Positions 1 through 11,914 of a stretch of DNA of 64,000 bases are shown one piece after another. A program made the position numbers and the translations under genes. The stretch comes from Crassostrea angulata (lineage: Eukaryota), in contig NC_069115.1 in the NCBI RefSeq assembly GCF_025612915.1, forward strand, positions 25,791,757 through 25,855,756, read 5' to 3'. The notes under the pieces are model-generated. The model was not told the DNA's origin. It searched no databases and saw only the letters and a program-made list of their open reading frames with translations. The stretch's first letter is position 1, and each line of letters opens with the position of its first letter.

Positions 1-869
1 AATGGGAGGTTGAAGTTTTACATAGAAATATATAGAATAAATCTTTAAAAATCTTCTTCTCAGAAACCAATTGACTTGAAGACTGAAACTTGTGTCACAC
101 TCAATGTCGAACTCCTCTGCCTTTTTCCGTTTCTGCATGTTAACAGACAAAAAAATTTAACATTTCTTACAGTGGACATTTTTAAATGCAGTTGAAAACT
201 TGTTTTAGAGCAGTTGATTTCAAAACACGAGGAAATTCTGGTTCTGTAGCTGCATGTTTGATAAAACAGTAAGATCTCATATTTTCATTTAAGACATGTA
301 CAGACTATTTTCAAATAATATTTGATATCAATTTGTTCAAGTTGATGCTGTTTAAAAATTTTATTACTAAGTATGTAATAAATATAAAATAAAATACCCT
401 TTTCCATATTAAAGCCTGTATCAGCCATCGACCAATATCATCCCTCGGGCTGATATTGGAGTTTCAGGCTGATACTGGCTGTGATATGGAAAAGGGTATG
501 TATTATTCTCTATTGACATGATAGGTGTAGGTTAGGGGATATGACTTTCAAATGTTTATTGAATATCAAGGTGATATGGGACACCTTCATATTGTGACTA
601 CCGGTACCTGCCTTTTGAAATAAACAGTAAAACCAACACTATATTTCTTTCCAAAAATTGTTAATTATCAGAGTAGTTAGCAAATTATCAAACAGTGAAA
701 GTATTGTGATTATGACGAAATTTTATTAACATTATAGACATACCTCCTTAAATGTTTATGTGTTGTAGATAAATCATAGTTTTATTAAATTTTTATGAAT
801 TTCAAAATGTAATTGCTAATTTAATTAATTACATCTGCAGAGTAATTGTAATTTAATTAATTACATTTG

Positions 870-2445
870 AAAACTTTTGTAATGGTAATGTTATGCTTTT
901 ATACGAAATATGTACAAAGGAATAAAATCTAAGATATGTATGAACGGTATGTCATCTGATTTTTTCTGTTGTAATATAGGTGTGCGTCAAGGAGAAAATT
1001 TATCTCCTTTTTTATTTTCATTGTATATTAATGACTTCGAAGATTTTTTATTAGATAAAAATATTGTTGGGTTACAAAGTATTAGTTCTTCCATTGAAGA
1101 TGAGTTGATGTTATACTTGAAACTGTGCCTATTATTTTATGCAGACGATACGGTTATTATGTCTGAGACCGCTGATGATCTCCAGAAAGCACTAGATGAA
1201 TTCCATGTGTACTGTTCCCAATGGAAACTAAATGTCAATGTAGAAAAAACAAAGATATTAGTTTTTTCAAAAGGCCCTAAGCCAAAAAACATTTTTTATT
1301 ATAATAATAACGTTGTTGAAATTGTGAGTGAATTCAAATATTTGGGTACTGTATTTTCCAGAAGTGGATCTTTTTGTAAAGCAAAAAAACACTTAGTTGA
1401 GCAAGCACAGAAAGCTATGTATAGTATTATAAGAAAAATAAGACTTTTTAATCTACCCATGGAGCAACAGTTTGATTTGTTTGATAAAGTAGTAGTGCCG
1501 GTTTTGCTCTATGCTTGTGAAATCTGGGGTTACGAGAATATAGATATTATTGAAAAAATCCATTTGAAATTTTTAAAATATGTTCTATGTATGAAAAGTA
1601 GTACTCCGTCGTATATGGTCTATGGTGAATCAGGTCGTTATCCTTTATACGTAACTGTATATTCTCGAATGATTTCTTATTGGACAAAAATGATCCAAGG
1701 TCAAGACAATAAGATTGTGTTTACTGTTTACAAATATTTAGCAAACCAATATATGTATAATAATGACTGTGTAAATCCATGGACTGATTTTATACGACAT
1801 ATTTTAGACTCATGTGGGTCCTCTAATATCTGGACAGAACAATGTACTGCAATAGTTAATGATAAGTGGATTTCTGCCGCCATCAAACAAAGATTGCAGG
1901 ACCAGTTCATTCAGAAATGGGCAAAAGATATAGATAATTCATCTAAAGGTCAAATATATAAAATTTATAAACAAAAGTTTGGTTTTGAAAAATACTTAGG
2001 CATTCTTACTAAAAAATTTTGGAAACCACTTATTAAATTCAGAACAGCAAATCACCGTTTACCGATTGAAACCGGTAGATGGTATGGAATTCCTGTAAAT
2101 GACAGAAGCTGCACACTCTGTAATAGTGGTAAATTAGCGGACGAATACCATTTTATTCTTGAATGTAAATTTTTTTTAACTTTACGTAAGCAATTTCTAT
2201 GTACCAAGTATTTTCAAAAGCCAAGTACATTAAAATTTAGGGAACTGCTGATGACAACGAACATCAAAACATTGAAAAAATTAAGCTCTTTTATATTGAA
2301 TATCCAAGAGCAATTCTGCTGTCCAGCCTAAACTATATTAGCATTTATTATTATTATTACTCTCCGCGTATTGAACACCAATGAAACATTGTATTAAATT
2401 TTTATATGATGATCTATTTTTTTTTTTTTTTTTTTTCTACCACTT
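870..2445 (+). mobile_element. 5'-truncated non-LTR (LINE) retrotransposon fragment. The ORF at 910-2331 encodes the C-terminal two-thirds of the RT plus a Cys-His tail.
   Basis: RT motifs GVRQGENLSPFLF and FYADDTVI. Also present are FKYLG and a CX2CX9HX4C tail (CTLCNSGKLADEYHFILEC). There is no N-terminal endonuclease. T-rich and ATT-rich sequence at 2340-2441. The fragment is flanked by a 24-bp direct repeat agtaattgtaatttaattaattac at 843-866 and 2664-2687. Confidence 0.75.
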
Positions 2446-3089
2446 TTTGTATTATTACTATTTTTTTTTCTCTTACTTACTTATGCTTACTAACACATGT
2501 AATACTATGTTGTATTATAATTTATATATAATTTATTAGACCCTTGACATCACAATTTAATGTAAATATGTTATTGTACCTCATGTACCATTGTATGATA
2601 ATGGTTTGAGAGAATAAATAAATTGAATTGGTAATGGTAATTTAATTGAAGAATTTAAGCAAGTAATTGTAATTTAATTAATTACTTTCCATTGTAATTG
2701 ACCTCATCCCTGCTTGTGTGGAAGCATTCTCAGGTAGGGTAGCTGCAAGTTCGTTCAAATAATGACCCTGGGGGTAGGGTGGGGTCACAAGATCCAGGGG
2801 GAGACGCAAAAATTTATTTAGGAATATATGGGGAAAATCCTTAAAAATCTTTTTTCTAAAAAAAATATTTTCCTAAGAAAGCTGAAACTTAATTGAAAGC
2901 AATCTCAGATAATGTAGATTCAAATGTGTTCAAATCAAAATCTTGAGTAGGGTAGGGCCATATTTGGGATCCAGTATTACAAAGGAACACATTTTAAATG
3001 TTCACAAAAGCTGAAATGTTATATTATATATTTTTACTTAATATATGCAATCATTTTGACATTTGTTGAGAATTTGGCTCTTAGACAAT

Positions 3090-3399
3090 ACTGGGACCTC
3101 ACAAGGGGTTCAGAGTTTGATGAAGGTTTATATCCTATATATAAACAATTGTTTAGGATCTTTTTGAGAACTGCAATGCTCAACATGTGATATGACTAAA
3201 AAATCATTTTGTTAGAAAAGGGAATAATGATAATAAACATAAGGATATCCAGAGGAAAAATGTATTTTTTTTATACATGATTTACATGTATTATACTAAA
3301 TTGTTTACTAGATAGTTTGTATTTAGACTACATTAAGCTGATTTTATCATATCTATTGTTCCTTAGATGAGCAATGAGGCCCATGGGCCTCTTGTTGAA
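3090..3399 (+). mobile_element. Family B non-autonomous element (about 310 bp) with the same 3' terminus as family A. It is an intact empty site for the family A insertion.
   Basis: ...cacaaggggttcagagtttgat...ggatcttttt|gagaactgcaatgctcaac...gagcaatgaggcccatgggcctcttgtt. Confidence 0.6.
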
Positions 3400-3776
3400 A
3401 GTTAACATACCTGGGGGAAAATACTTTGTATGGAAGCTGTGCACCTTTTCAGTAGTATGTCATAAACTCTGAAACAGCCATAGGTACTGTGCTAAACTAT
3501 AGGATTAAGAGTCCTTTCCAAATGAATTCAGACAGGGGGAAACTGAATTAAATGCATTTATGAGACTCCTCCACAATTTCATGTATGGGCTATGGTACTC
3601 ATGCCTATTGGCCTCTTGTTTTTACAATATTCTAGATTATTATTTAATTTGAATCAGAAAGATTTATGATTCAACAACTTTAGTTACTTTAATTCATATT
3701 TGTTCCATTTGAAATTTGCCTTGTGGGAGTCCCATTAGGAAAGTTCTATCTACTTTAATTTTGTAGAAATGGAGGT

Positions 3777-3846
3777 GGATTGGGAACAGGTGATATACGG
3801 AAGATGGCTTACTTTGAACAATCAATTGATCCTCAAAACCTTTCGG
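3777..3846 (+). CDS. MVP: MVP exon, phase-2 start. Encodes xNGGGLGTGDIRKMAYFEQSIDPQNLS, corresponding to human MVP LNKGQDPLADRGEKDTAKSLQPLAP
   Basis: Acceptor tttgtag and donor GTAACT. Reading frame continues into the next exon. Moderate similarity to MVP. Confidence 0.5.
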
Positions 3847-3985
3847 TAACTACAAGGATATTATCAAATGAAAATACATTTTTATGAATACAAGTCATAA
3901 GAACAAATGTAATAGACTAAGTATGATATTTAGGTTTTAACTTTTTTCATTTGATATTCAAGGTAATATTTTTGTTTATTTACAG

Positions 3986-4139
3986 GGAAGAGATAAGACA
4001 AGGGTCGTGACTTACCGTTGCCCATGTAACACAGCTGTACAAGTTTATAATTACCTGGAGAAAACTGCACGAGTGGTGTTTGGTCCTGATCTAATCATAT
4101 TGGGACCACATGAAAATTTTAATGTCCTCAGTCTCAGTG
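3986..4139 (+). CDS. MVP: MVP exon. Encodes [51 protein letters not shown], corresponding to human [50 protein letters not shown]
   Basis: Strong residue-level match to MVP. Acceptor ttatttacag and donor GTAAAT. Exon ends in phase 1. Confidence 0.85.
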
Positions 4140-4267
4140 GTAAATCAGTCAGGTTTCTTTGCAAAACTAATATCTATTGTGGTGTAAATGAAAATTTTCT
4201 TTTAAAGTAAAATTTCAAGGGATTTAAAATCTTCTTAGCCGTACAAATTTGAAAAAATTCATGTTAC

Positions 4268-4312
4268 CACACACACACACACACACACATATATATACAT
4301 ATATATATAAGA
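4268..4312. repeat. (CA)n microsatellite followed by (TA)n
   Basis: Visible directly in the sequence. Confidence 0.95.
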
Positions 4313-4346
4313 AGCACTAGCAAACCAACAACACTCGTTATCTAAA

Positions 4347-5519
4347 GTGTCGGATCAAAAGATACAAGGTTATAAGATGAGATATAAAAAAGCACTAAAA
4401 ATAACCAACGACACGAACAATAAAGTAAAATATTGTCAAATTTTCGGGACAACCCGTCCCTTCTTGGTTGACAACAGAAACAACCTCGATGATTTTATTA
4501 CCTTTGTCAATTCTTTCCATCATTCTATCAAATTTACGACTGAAATTTCCTCATTCAACAACACGTTTCTTGACACTACTTCAACTTTAGTCGATGGTAA
4601 ACTCGATTTCAATCTTCATACTAAACCTACAGATTCCCACCTCTATTTAATGACGTCTAGCTGCCACCCACCTCATACGTTTAGAGGCATACTAAAAGGC
4701 CTAGCCACCAGAGTCAGACGTATTTGTTCAACTCAAGAACTATACTCTGAGCAAAGTCAACTCCTAAAATCCCACTTATGTGCCAGGGGCTACAGCTTGC
4801 ACTCTGTACAGAATGCAATTGATGATTTAGCTAAAGAGGATCGTTTATCCCTTCTGAAATATAAACCCAAAAACGAAGACAACAAGGTCCCATTTGTCAC
4901 TACTTACCACCCTGTCCTTAGGGGCCTAAATGCAGTCCTAAAGAAGAACCTACCAATCCTTTACAGTAATGATAAAATGGTTGAGGTTTTCAAAAACCCC
5001 CCGATGGCAGCTTTCAAGCGCCCTAGAAACCTTAAGGACATGGTGGTAAGAACCAAACTAAAGAACCCTCTGCCTAATGGTGGCTTTAGAACTTGTTCTG
5101 ACACCAGATGTCTGTTGTGCAAACACAGCTCTGATGCAGACGACTTCTCTAGCCCCATTACTGGCCGTACTTACAAAATTTTCGCAAATACTTCTTGTCG
5201 TACGGACAATTGTGTATATCTTATCAATTGTAAATTTTGTCACAAACAATACGTAGGGGAAACAGGAGACCTCCGCAGGCGCATCAATAATCATCGTTCC
5301 ACCATCAAAACTAAGAAAATTAAAGAACCCGTCGGGGAACATTTTAATTTAGATGATCACAAATGGGAGGACATGATGGTTTTGGTCATTGATCACAACC
5401 CTAACTGGACAGATGCGGAGAGAAAAAATAAAGAAAAATTTTGGATGCATAGACTGAAGTCATTCCGCCCTGACGGCATTAACAAATTAAGTGACTTCAC
5501 CAAAATGAACATCAACTAA
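4347..5519 (+). CDS. PLE ORF: RT C-terminal remnant plus linker plus GIY-YIG endonuclease
   Basis: GIY-YIG motifs and CCHH-like finger, as described for the PLE above. Confidence 0.7.
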   Translation: MSDQKIQGYKMRYKKALKITNDTNNKVKYCQIFGTTRPFLVDNRNNLDDFITFVNSFHHSIKFTTEISSFNNTFLDTTSTLVDGKLDFNLHTKPTDSHLYLMTSSCHPPHTFRGILKGLATRVRRICSTQELYSEQSQLLKSHLCARGYSLHSVQNAIDDLAKEDRLSLLKYKPKNEDNKVPFVTTYHPVLRGLNAVLKKNLPILYSNDKMVEVFKNPPMAAFKRPRNLKDMVVRTKLKNPLPNGGFRTCSDTRCLLCKHSSDADDFSSPITGRTYKIFANTSCRTDNCVYLINCKFCHKQYVGETGDLRRRINNHRSTIKTKKIKEPVGEHFNLDDHKWEDMMVLVIDHNPNWTDAERKNKEKFWMHRLKSFRPDGINKLSDFTKMNIN

Positions 5520-5989
5520 GTACTGATTTGTTTTCGTAGCAATATCACCATCTTCATCTTTTTCGGTCCATGTACAAACTATTAATCATGTTATTTATTC
5601 AAATTATTAGCTATTTCCTTAATCGGTTTTGTTCTTTTGCTTTATTTCACTTCCATTAGTTTTTACATTCATGATTATTTATGTGGTCTTTTACAGGGCC
5701 AATCTTCCCTACAAACTTTCACTACGAATTATCTTAATAGTACAACTTAATTAACAGCAACCCCCAATTAGCAAGTTAATTCGTTCGCGTTATCTTTCAG
5801 CACTTCTTCACAGACCGTCCGCTGCGTCGGACGGGATTTTTCTTTCTCGGGCTCGTATTCTTAAATATAAAGATGTAGCTGCCACGTGTTGATCCGGTGT
5901 TTAAACATTATCTAGTTTTTATATATTATTTAGTTTAGTTTAGTGCTAGTTTTGTAGATGTTTTTCTTCTTTCTTATGTAGTTTTTATT

Positions 5990-6073
5990 TTGTTGTCCTG
6001 AAGAAGGGACGGGTTGTCCCGAAAATTTGACAATATTTTACTTTATTGTTCGTGTCGTTGGTTATTTTTAGTG

Positions 6074-6084
<11 letters not shown>
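5990..6084 (-). repeat. Inverted copy of the PLE 5' region (4378-4475)
   Basis: The reverse complement of 6001-6080 equals 4384-4463 apart from a 2-nt indel. Confidence 0.85.

Positions 6085-6142
<58 letters not shown>
6078..6142. repeat. (TA)32 microsatellite
   Basis: Visible directly in the sequence. Confidence 0.95.
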
Positions 6143-6144
<2 letters not shown>

Positions 6145-7470
6145 ATGTCATGATACTACTAGCAGTAATTAAAATTAATTAAAAAGCGGTTAAAACAGGA
6201 CACTTGACTGCCGGAGATATTTCTATGTCCAGCTGGTGAGAATTTATATTCAGCACTGCGTTTGACATACTTATCAACATTTCATATTATTTAATACTAA
6301 GACTGCTCTGTAAATGTTCTTTTTGTTTTGAAATGACTTTAAAATTAGAGTAGTTGCCCTTTGAAACTATGTCATGTGCACCATGTTGTGTCTGGAGCAG
6401 AATAAAATGGCAGTGTCAAGATCGGGAGATTTGGTCAGACCTCTGCGGAGAGAAAGGAGAGAAAATGTTTAAAATTAAAAACAAAATTGAAAGTGAATGC
6501 AGCAAAGATTTTCAAGACTTTTTGAAAGGTGTAAGATGAGGATGAGAATTTTTAACCGGGTTTTCCAACGGAAAAATCCGGTTATTGAAATGGTGAAAAT
6601 GGCGGGTGGGCGGGCTGCTTCCAAAAGGGTACCCTCATTATATGGATAACTACTCCTACAGGATATGAAGTTCTTTAGCAGCACAATTTTACATATATAT
6701 TAGTAGCGTGCATATTGCTAGGATTTGGATTTCTGATAATTTATGAAAAAAAAATACCAGCTTTTGAACTTAGCTATTTTTTGGCAAAATATTGCATACA
6801 GCAGGCTTGGGGTAATTCTAAATGTAATGGTAATGCATTGCAATGCATTTGATGTTTTCAAAGTAATGCTAGTAATGTGTTAAGCCATAAATTTAGCATT
6901 ACAAGTAATGGTAATGTAATGCATTACTTTCCAAAACCTAGTGTAATGCTGGCATTACATGGCATTACTTTGCATTACTACGCTTTTCTATGCATGTTCA
7001 TTTTTAAAATTGTGATGAATTGAATAATGAATGGTATTTGATAAAAAATTGTTCCAAAGAAGAAAAAGTCATTCTTGAGATAAAGATATTTTGGTTGTAT
7101 CTTAAATTGTCAATATAACTAGCTGTAACAACACAATTTCATAACATTTTAAGAGTGTATTATTAAGAATTTTATATCATTTGGAAAATTTACTTCAATT
7201 AGTTGTGCATTGAATGAATTCTTTACTTTACTTGCCCCCAGGACAATCTAAGTTGTATCAAAACATTCCATTGTTTGAAGAGGTGCTAAACACCCCCAAT
7301 GACCACCCTTCTCTTGGCTGTGTTCCATTAGAATAGAGAACAGACATACACCCTTAAAAGCAAAAAAAAAAGAAGAAGAATGCATTAAAACTAATGCACT
7401 GTCCAACCATACTCTCTGAAAGCTTGAAAATAATCATTCAGTATTATTACCCGTTTGAAAATAATTTTTA

Positions 7471-7476
<6 letters not shown>

Positions 7477-7516
<40 letters not shown>
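7477..7516. repeat. (CT)20 microsatellite
   Basis: Visible directly in the sequence. Confidence 0.95.
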
Positions 7517-7517
<1 letters not shown>

Positions 7518-8898
7518 GAAATTGAGAAATTTTCAAAAACTCTTCTAAAAAACCATTAGGCCAGGAAAGCTGAAACTTGTGTGGAAGCATCATCAGGTAG
7601 TGTAGATTCAAAGTTGTGAAAATCATTACCCTTGGGGAAAGAGTAGTGCCACAATGGAGGGTCGAAGTTTTACATAAGAATATATAGATCAGTAAATCTT
7701 TAAAAATATTCTTCTCAAAAACTAATCAGCCAGGAAAGCTAAAACTTGTGTGAAAGCATCCTCAAGTAGTGTTGCTTCAAGTTGATAACACCATGACCCC
7801 CAAGGTGTAGGGTAGGGCCACAATGTGGGGGAGGGGGGGAGGTTGAAGTTTTACAAAGGAATATATAGGGTAAATCTTTAGAAATCTTCTTCTCAGAAAC
7901 CATTAGGCCAGGAAAGCTCAAACTTGTGTGGAAGCATCCGCAGGGAGTGTAGATTTAAAGTTGATAACATCATGATCCCCAAGGTGTAGGGTTGGGCCAC
8001 AATGGTGGTGGTCTAAGTTTAAGATATATAATATGTAGAATAAATCTTTAAAAATTTTCATCTCAAAAACTAGTCAGCCAGGAAAGCTGAAACTTGTGTG
8101 GAAGAGTTCTCGGGTAGTTTAGATATAAAGTTGAAAAAAATCATGACCCCCAGGGGTAGGGTGAGGCCAAAATTGGAGATCTATTTTTACATAGGAATTT
8201 ATAGAGTAAATCTGTGAAAATCTTCTCAGAAACCAATTGGCTAGAAAAGCTGAAACTTGTGTGGAAGAATTCTCAGGAAGTCGTGAAAACCATGACCCCC
8301 GGGGATAGGGTGGGGCAACAATGGGGGGGGGGGGTTAAGTTTTACATAGAAAAATATATAGAGTAATCTTTTCTTCTCAGAATCTAATCAGCCAGGAAAG
8401 CTGACCGTGGGGGTAGGGTGGGGCCACAATGGGGTGGGGTCAAAGTTTTACATAGGAATATATAGAGTAACTCTTTAAAAGTCTTCTCCTCAAGAACCAT
8501 TTTGCCAGGAAAGCTGAAACTTGTGTGGGAGCATCCTCAGGTAGTGTAGATTCAAAGTTGTTAAAATCATGATCCCCAGAGGTAGGGTGGAACATAATTG
8601 GGGGGGGGGGGTTGGTTGAAGTTTTACATAGGAATATATATTGTAAATCTTTAAAAATCTTCTTCTCAGAAACTAGGAAAGCTGAAACTTGTGTGGAAGC
8701 ATCCTCAGGTAGTGTAGATTCAAAGTTGTAAAAATCTTGATCCCCGGGTTAGGGTTGGGCCACAATGGGGGTGTTGAAGTTTAACATACTTATTAGGAAT
8801 ATGTAGAGTAAATCTTTAAAAATCCTCTTCTAAGAAACTAGGAAAGCTGAAACTTGGAAGCATCCTTAGGTAGTGTAGATTCAAAGTTGTAAAAATCT
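7517..8898 (+). repeat. Family A satellite array of about 8 monomers of 165-170 bp, preceded by (CT)n. It continues at 9803-10010 after a 904 bp insertion.
   Basis: Repeated aaagctgaaacttgtgtggaagcatcctcaggtagtgtagattcaaagttg...cccgggggtagggtggggccacaatggggg...ttttacataggaatatatagag. Confidence 0.85.
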
Positions 8899-9802
8899 TG
8901 CGCGGGCATGTTAAGGCTTCCCGATGGATTTTACAGCGATGTGTAGAAAGTGACTTGTCTGTACTTCATACGATATGACGTCATATATAACTTTGACGTC
9001 ACGATCTGCATTTCTGTCGATAGTTCCCAGGGAATGTATTTCAACGTTAAAAGTGAATTACATCAAACCACTATAAAACCGCATGTTTCCTTTACATAGA
9101 TGCCGCCGTTAATGCTGGACGTACAGAATTCATTCATATTAAAAACCAGTATCAAATAATCGGCAGTTGTAAAGCTTCGTTATAAGTAAAAGACAATTTA
9201 TAAACTAGTGGTTTGGAGACTCTCCCTGCTACGTGTAAACAACTGAATAAAGAAATTTTAATGCATGTAAAAACAGCTTGGCACAGGTGAAAGATCAACA
9301 TAATTTTAGAATATTTTACGTAAAATTGGTAGAGAATATAAGTACCAATGTGAATCGTGCTACGGAAACCTACGAATTAACCCCAATTTTTTGTAAATCG
9401 CTTTTGATTAGTAAAAATGTGCATTATTTTGATGATTTTCTGGAATGTTTTAACAATATCTTCGATAAACAAAATATCTATTTCTTTCCTGAGCAATAAC
9501 TTCAAAGTATATGACTTAACAAAGAATTTTTCTTAAAAATATGTTTGATTTAATGTCATTAATCACCTGCGCCGATGCGATTTAAAAAGATCATTTGCAA
9601 TACTAGGATTCGCCCGTCACGTGATTACAAAGAACATATGACGTCACAAAATGCATCAAATAATAATGTTTAACATCGGTGTCAATAAACGTAACATAGA
9701 TTTTAAGAAATACTCCCGGTCAAAGTATTTTTGCGATGATTCAAATAATATCGTTTTCAAGCCGTATTTTAGCATCGGGACGCCTTAACATTGCTGCGTG
9801 AT
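8899..9802. other. 904 bp non-repeat insertion that interrupts the satellite array at a precise point within a monomer
   Basis: The monomer sequence gtaaaaatcttg|atccccggg is split. The insert contains TGACGTCA at 8975, 8993 and 9639, and CACGTG at about 9618. Confidence 0.6.
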
Positions 9803-10310
9803 CCCCGGGTTAGGGTTGGGCCACAATGGGGATGTTGAAGTTTTACAAAGTAACGTATAGAGTAATTCTTTAAAAATCGTCTTTTAAGAATCTATTCAGC
9901 CAGGAAAGCTTAAACTTGTGTGGAAGCATTCTCACGTAGTGTAGATTCAAAGTTGTAAAAATCAGATCCCCGGAGGTAGGTTTGGCTACAAGGGGGGGGG
10001 GGGGGGGGATCTAGCACCAAAAAGACAGTTTAAATTCATTAACTAGATCTTTACCTAACTAGGCGTTCATAATATTGTAGAAATGATCCCTAAATTATTT
10101 CAAATCGGCAATTCTAAAATAACAAAATGCATATTTGAATGTTTATGTCTTATTGAATTCTGATTTTTTTTGGGGGGGGGGGGCGATTTGCCCTTCCCTT
10201 TCTTTTTGCTTTGTTTCTGCAATTTCTTTCATAATGATTTTGCTTAGTTCCTGCAATTTCTCTCATAATGATTTACATGGAGATAACAAAATAAATTGTT
10301 TTCATTTTAG

Positions 10311-10390
10311 CTGGTAAACCAAAAAGATCCAATTCATTGAAAACCCTTTGTCTTATGTTGGGACCTGACTTCATAACAGATATTTTAGAG
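10311..10390 (+). CDS. MVP: MVP exon. Encodes AGKPKRSNSLKTLCLMLGPDFITDILE, corresponding to human [29 protein letters not shown]
   Basis: Acceptor ttcattttag and donor GTACAT. Phase is consistent with the upstream exon. Confidence 0.8.
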
Positions 10391-10541
10391 GTACATGTTT
10401 ATTTAAAACAAACTTCGTTTTGAACACGATTTTCCAAACAAAAAAATGTGGAAAACTTTCAATATATGTTTTGAAATGTCTTTTTAACTTTGAAATCATG
10501 TGTTTTTTAATGTGTTAATGAGATGAATTCTTGTTATGCAG

Positions 10542-10601
10542 GTGGAAACATCAGACCATGCACGTTTAAGAATACAAGTGGCATTTAACAATCATTTTGA
10601 G
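10542..10601 (+). CDS. MVP: MVP exon. Encodes VETSDHARLRIQVAFNNHFE, corresponding to human [20 protein letters not shown]
   Basis: Acceptor tgttatgcag and donor GTAGTT. Exon is exactly 20 codons. Confidence 0.8.
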
Positions 10602-11479
10602 GTAGTTATTTTAATGTTGGCAATTACAGTTTATATCTGATCTACAAAATGAGATAATATTATGAGGTTTAGTCACATTTTAAGTTCACAGTGCACACTT
10701 TTTATGCCCCTGCCATTAAATGGTGTTCTAACATTCCGTCATTCCGTCATCATTCACTTTCCGATCATTATAAATCATTATCTATAAACCGTTACACACA
10801 TCCAACTCAGATTTGATGTATGGATGTATCCTATTAATATACAGGCTCGAATTTGGTTTCGGTGTAACCGGACAAAAAGTGACTCCCGTATAATATTGAT
10901 CTGGGGGTCAAATTTCTACGGAGAAAACTGACCCAGGGTCAGTTATTGTATTCTATGACTAGTAGGGTCCTTTTTCTACAGTAGAAAACCATTCCATACC
11001 TGTAGATCTACAACCCCCACACGTTGAAAACTGACCCCCATAGAATTTTACCTCACCTATAAACTTCATAAAAATAATTGAAATTAAAGGCGATACATTT
11101 AGCAGTCATGTTAAGTGGTGTCCCGGGGGTGGGGGCAGCGAAAGCATGTGAAAGATTAGACAGAACTACCATTTTACCCTTTTACATAATATAACATCAT
11201 TTTGAACAAAGCGATGTCTGTGTTGATCTTGAAGTACTTGTCAGCTTGCCTTGTGGCCTTGCCCCTTTACTAAGCCTTTTTAAGGTGGTATACCCCTGAG
11301 GTATATGCATTATGGTGTGCTCGCATGTGCTTCCTTTTTGCATTGTGCTGGTTTTGCTAAATAGGCCCTATTATTATAGTAGGTGATTTAATAGACAAAC
11401 CCTAATTTAATGACTCGAATTGCATATTTTTAGAAGAAAAAACCCAGAAGACACATGTGACAAAAAATAATGTATAATT

Positions 11480-11574
11480 TAGCTCACCTGAGCTGAAAGT
11501 TTAAGTGAGCTTTTCTTATCATATTTTGTCTGTCGTCTGTAAACTTTTCACATTTTCACATCTTCTCAAGAACT

Positions 11575-11606
<32 letters not shown>

Positions 11607-11896
11607 TCATCGTTAGGCAAAGGGGATTCAAAGTTGTCAAAATTAAGGACCATGCCCTTTTTTGAGGGGAGATAATTAAAAATTAATGAGAAATTTTTAA
11701 AAATCTTCTTCTCAAGAATCATAAAGCCAGGAAAGCTTGTGTGGAAGCATCCTCTGGTAGTGTAGATTGAAAGTTGTGAAAATCATGACCCCCGGGGGTA
11801 AGATGGGGCCACATTGGGGGAGGGGGTGGTTAAAGTTTTACATAGGAATATATAGAGTAAATCTTTAAAAATCTTCTTCTCAGAAACTAATCAGCC
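11480..11896 (+). mobile_element. Family A element with head plus about 1.5 monomers, 3'-truncated by the adjacent TIR element
   Basis: Head at 11480. Ends abruptly at 11896 and has no tail. Confidence 0.6.
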
Positions 11897-11914
11897 AGAT
11901 GATTCTTTATTATT

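Larger units (their letters stand above)
4291..6084 (+). mobile_element. Penelope-like element (PLE), 5'-truncated, with an inverted 5' arm
   Basis: The ORF at 4347-5519 carries a C-terminal GIY-YIG endonuclease ([28 protein letters not shown]). It is preceded by the Cys/His motif [11 protein letters not shown]. An ~85 bp near-perfect inverted repeat at 4378-4463 pairs with 6001-6084. The element is bounded by (CA)n and (TA)n microsatellites. Confidence 0.7.
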
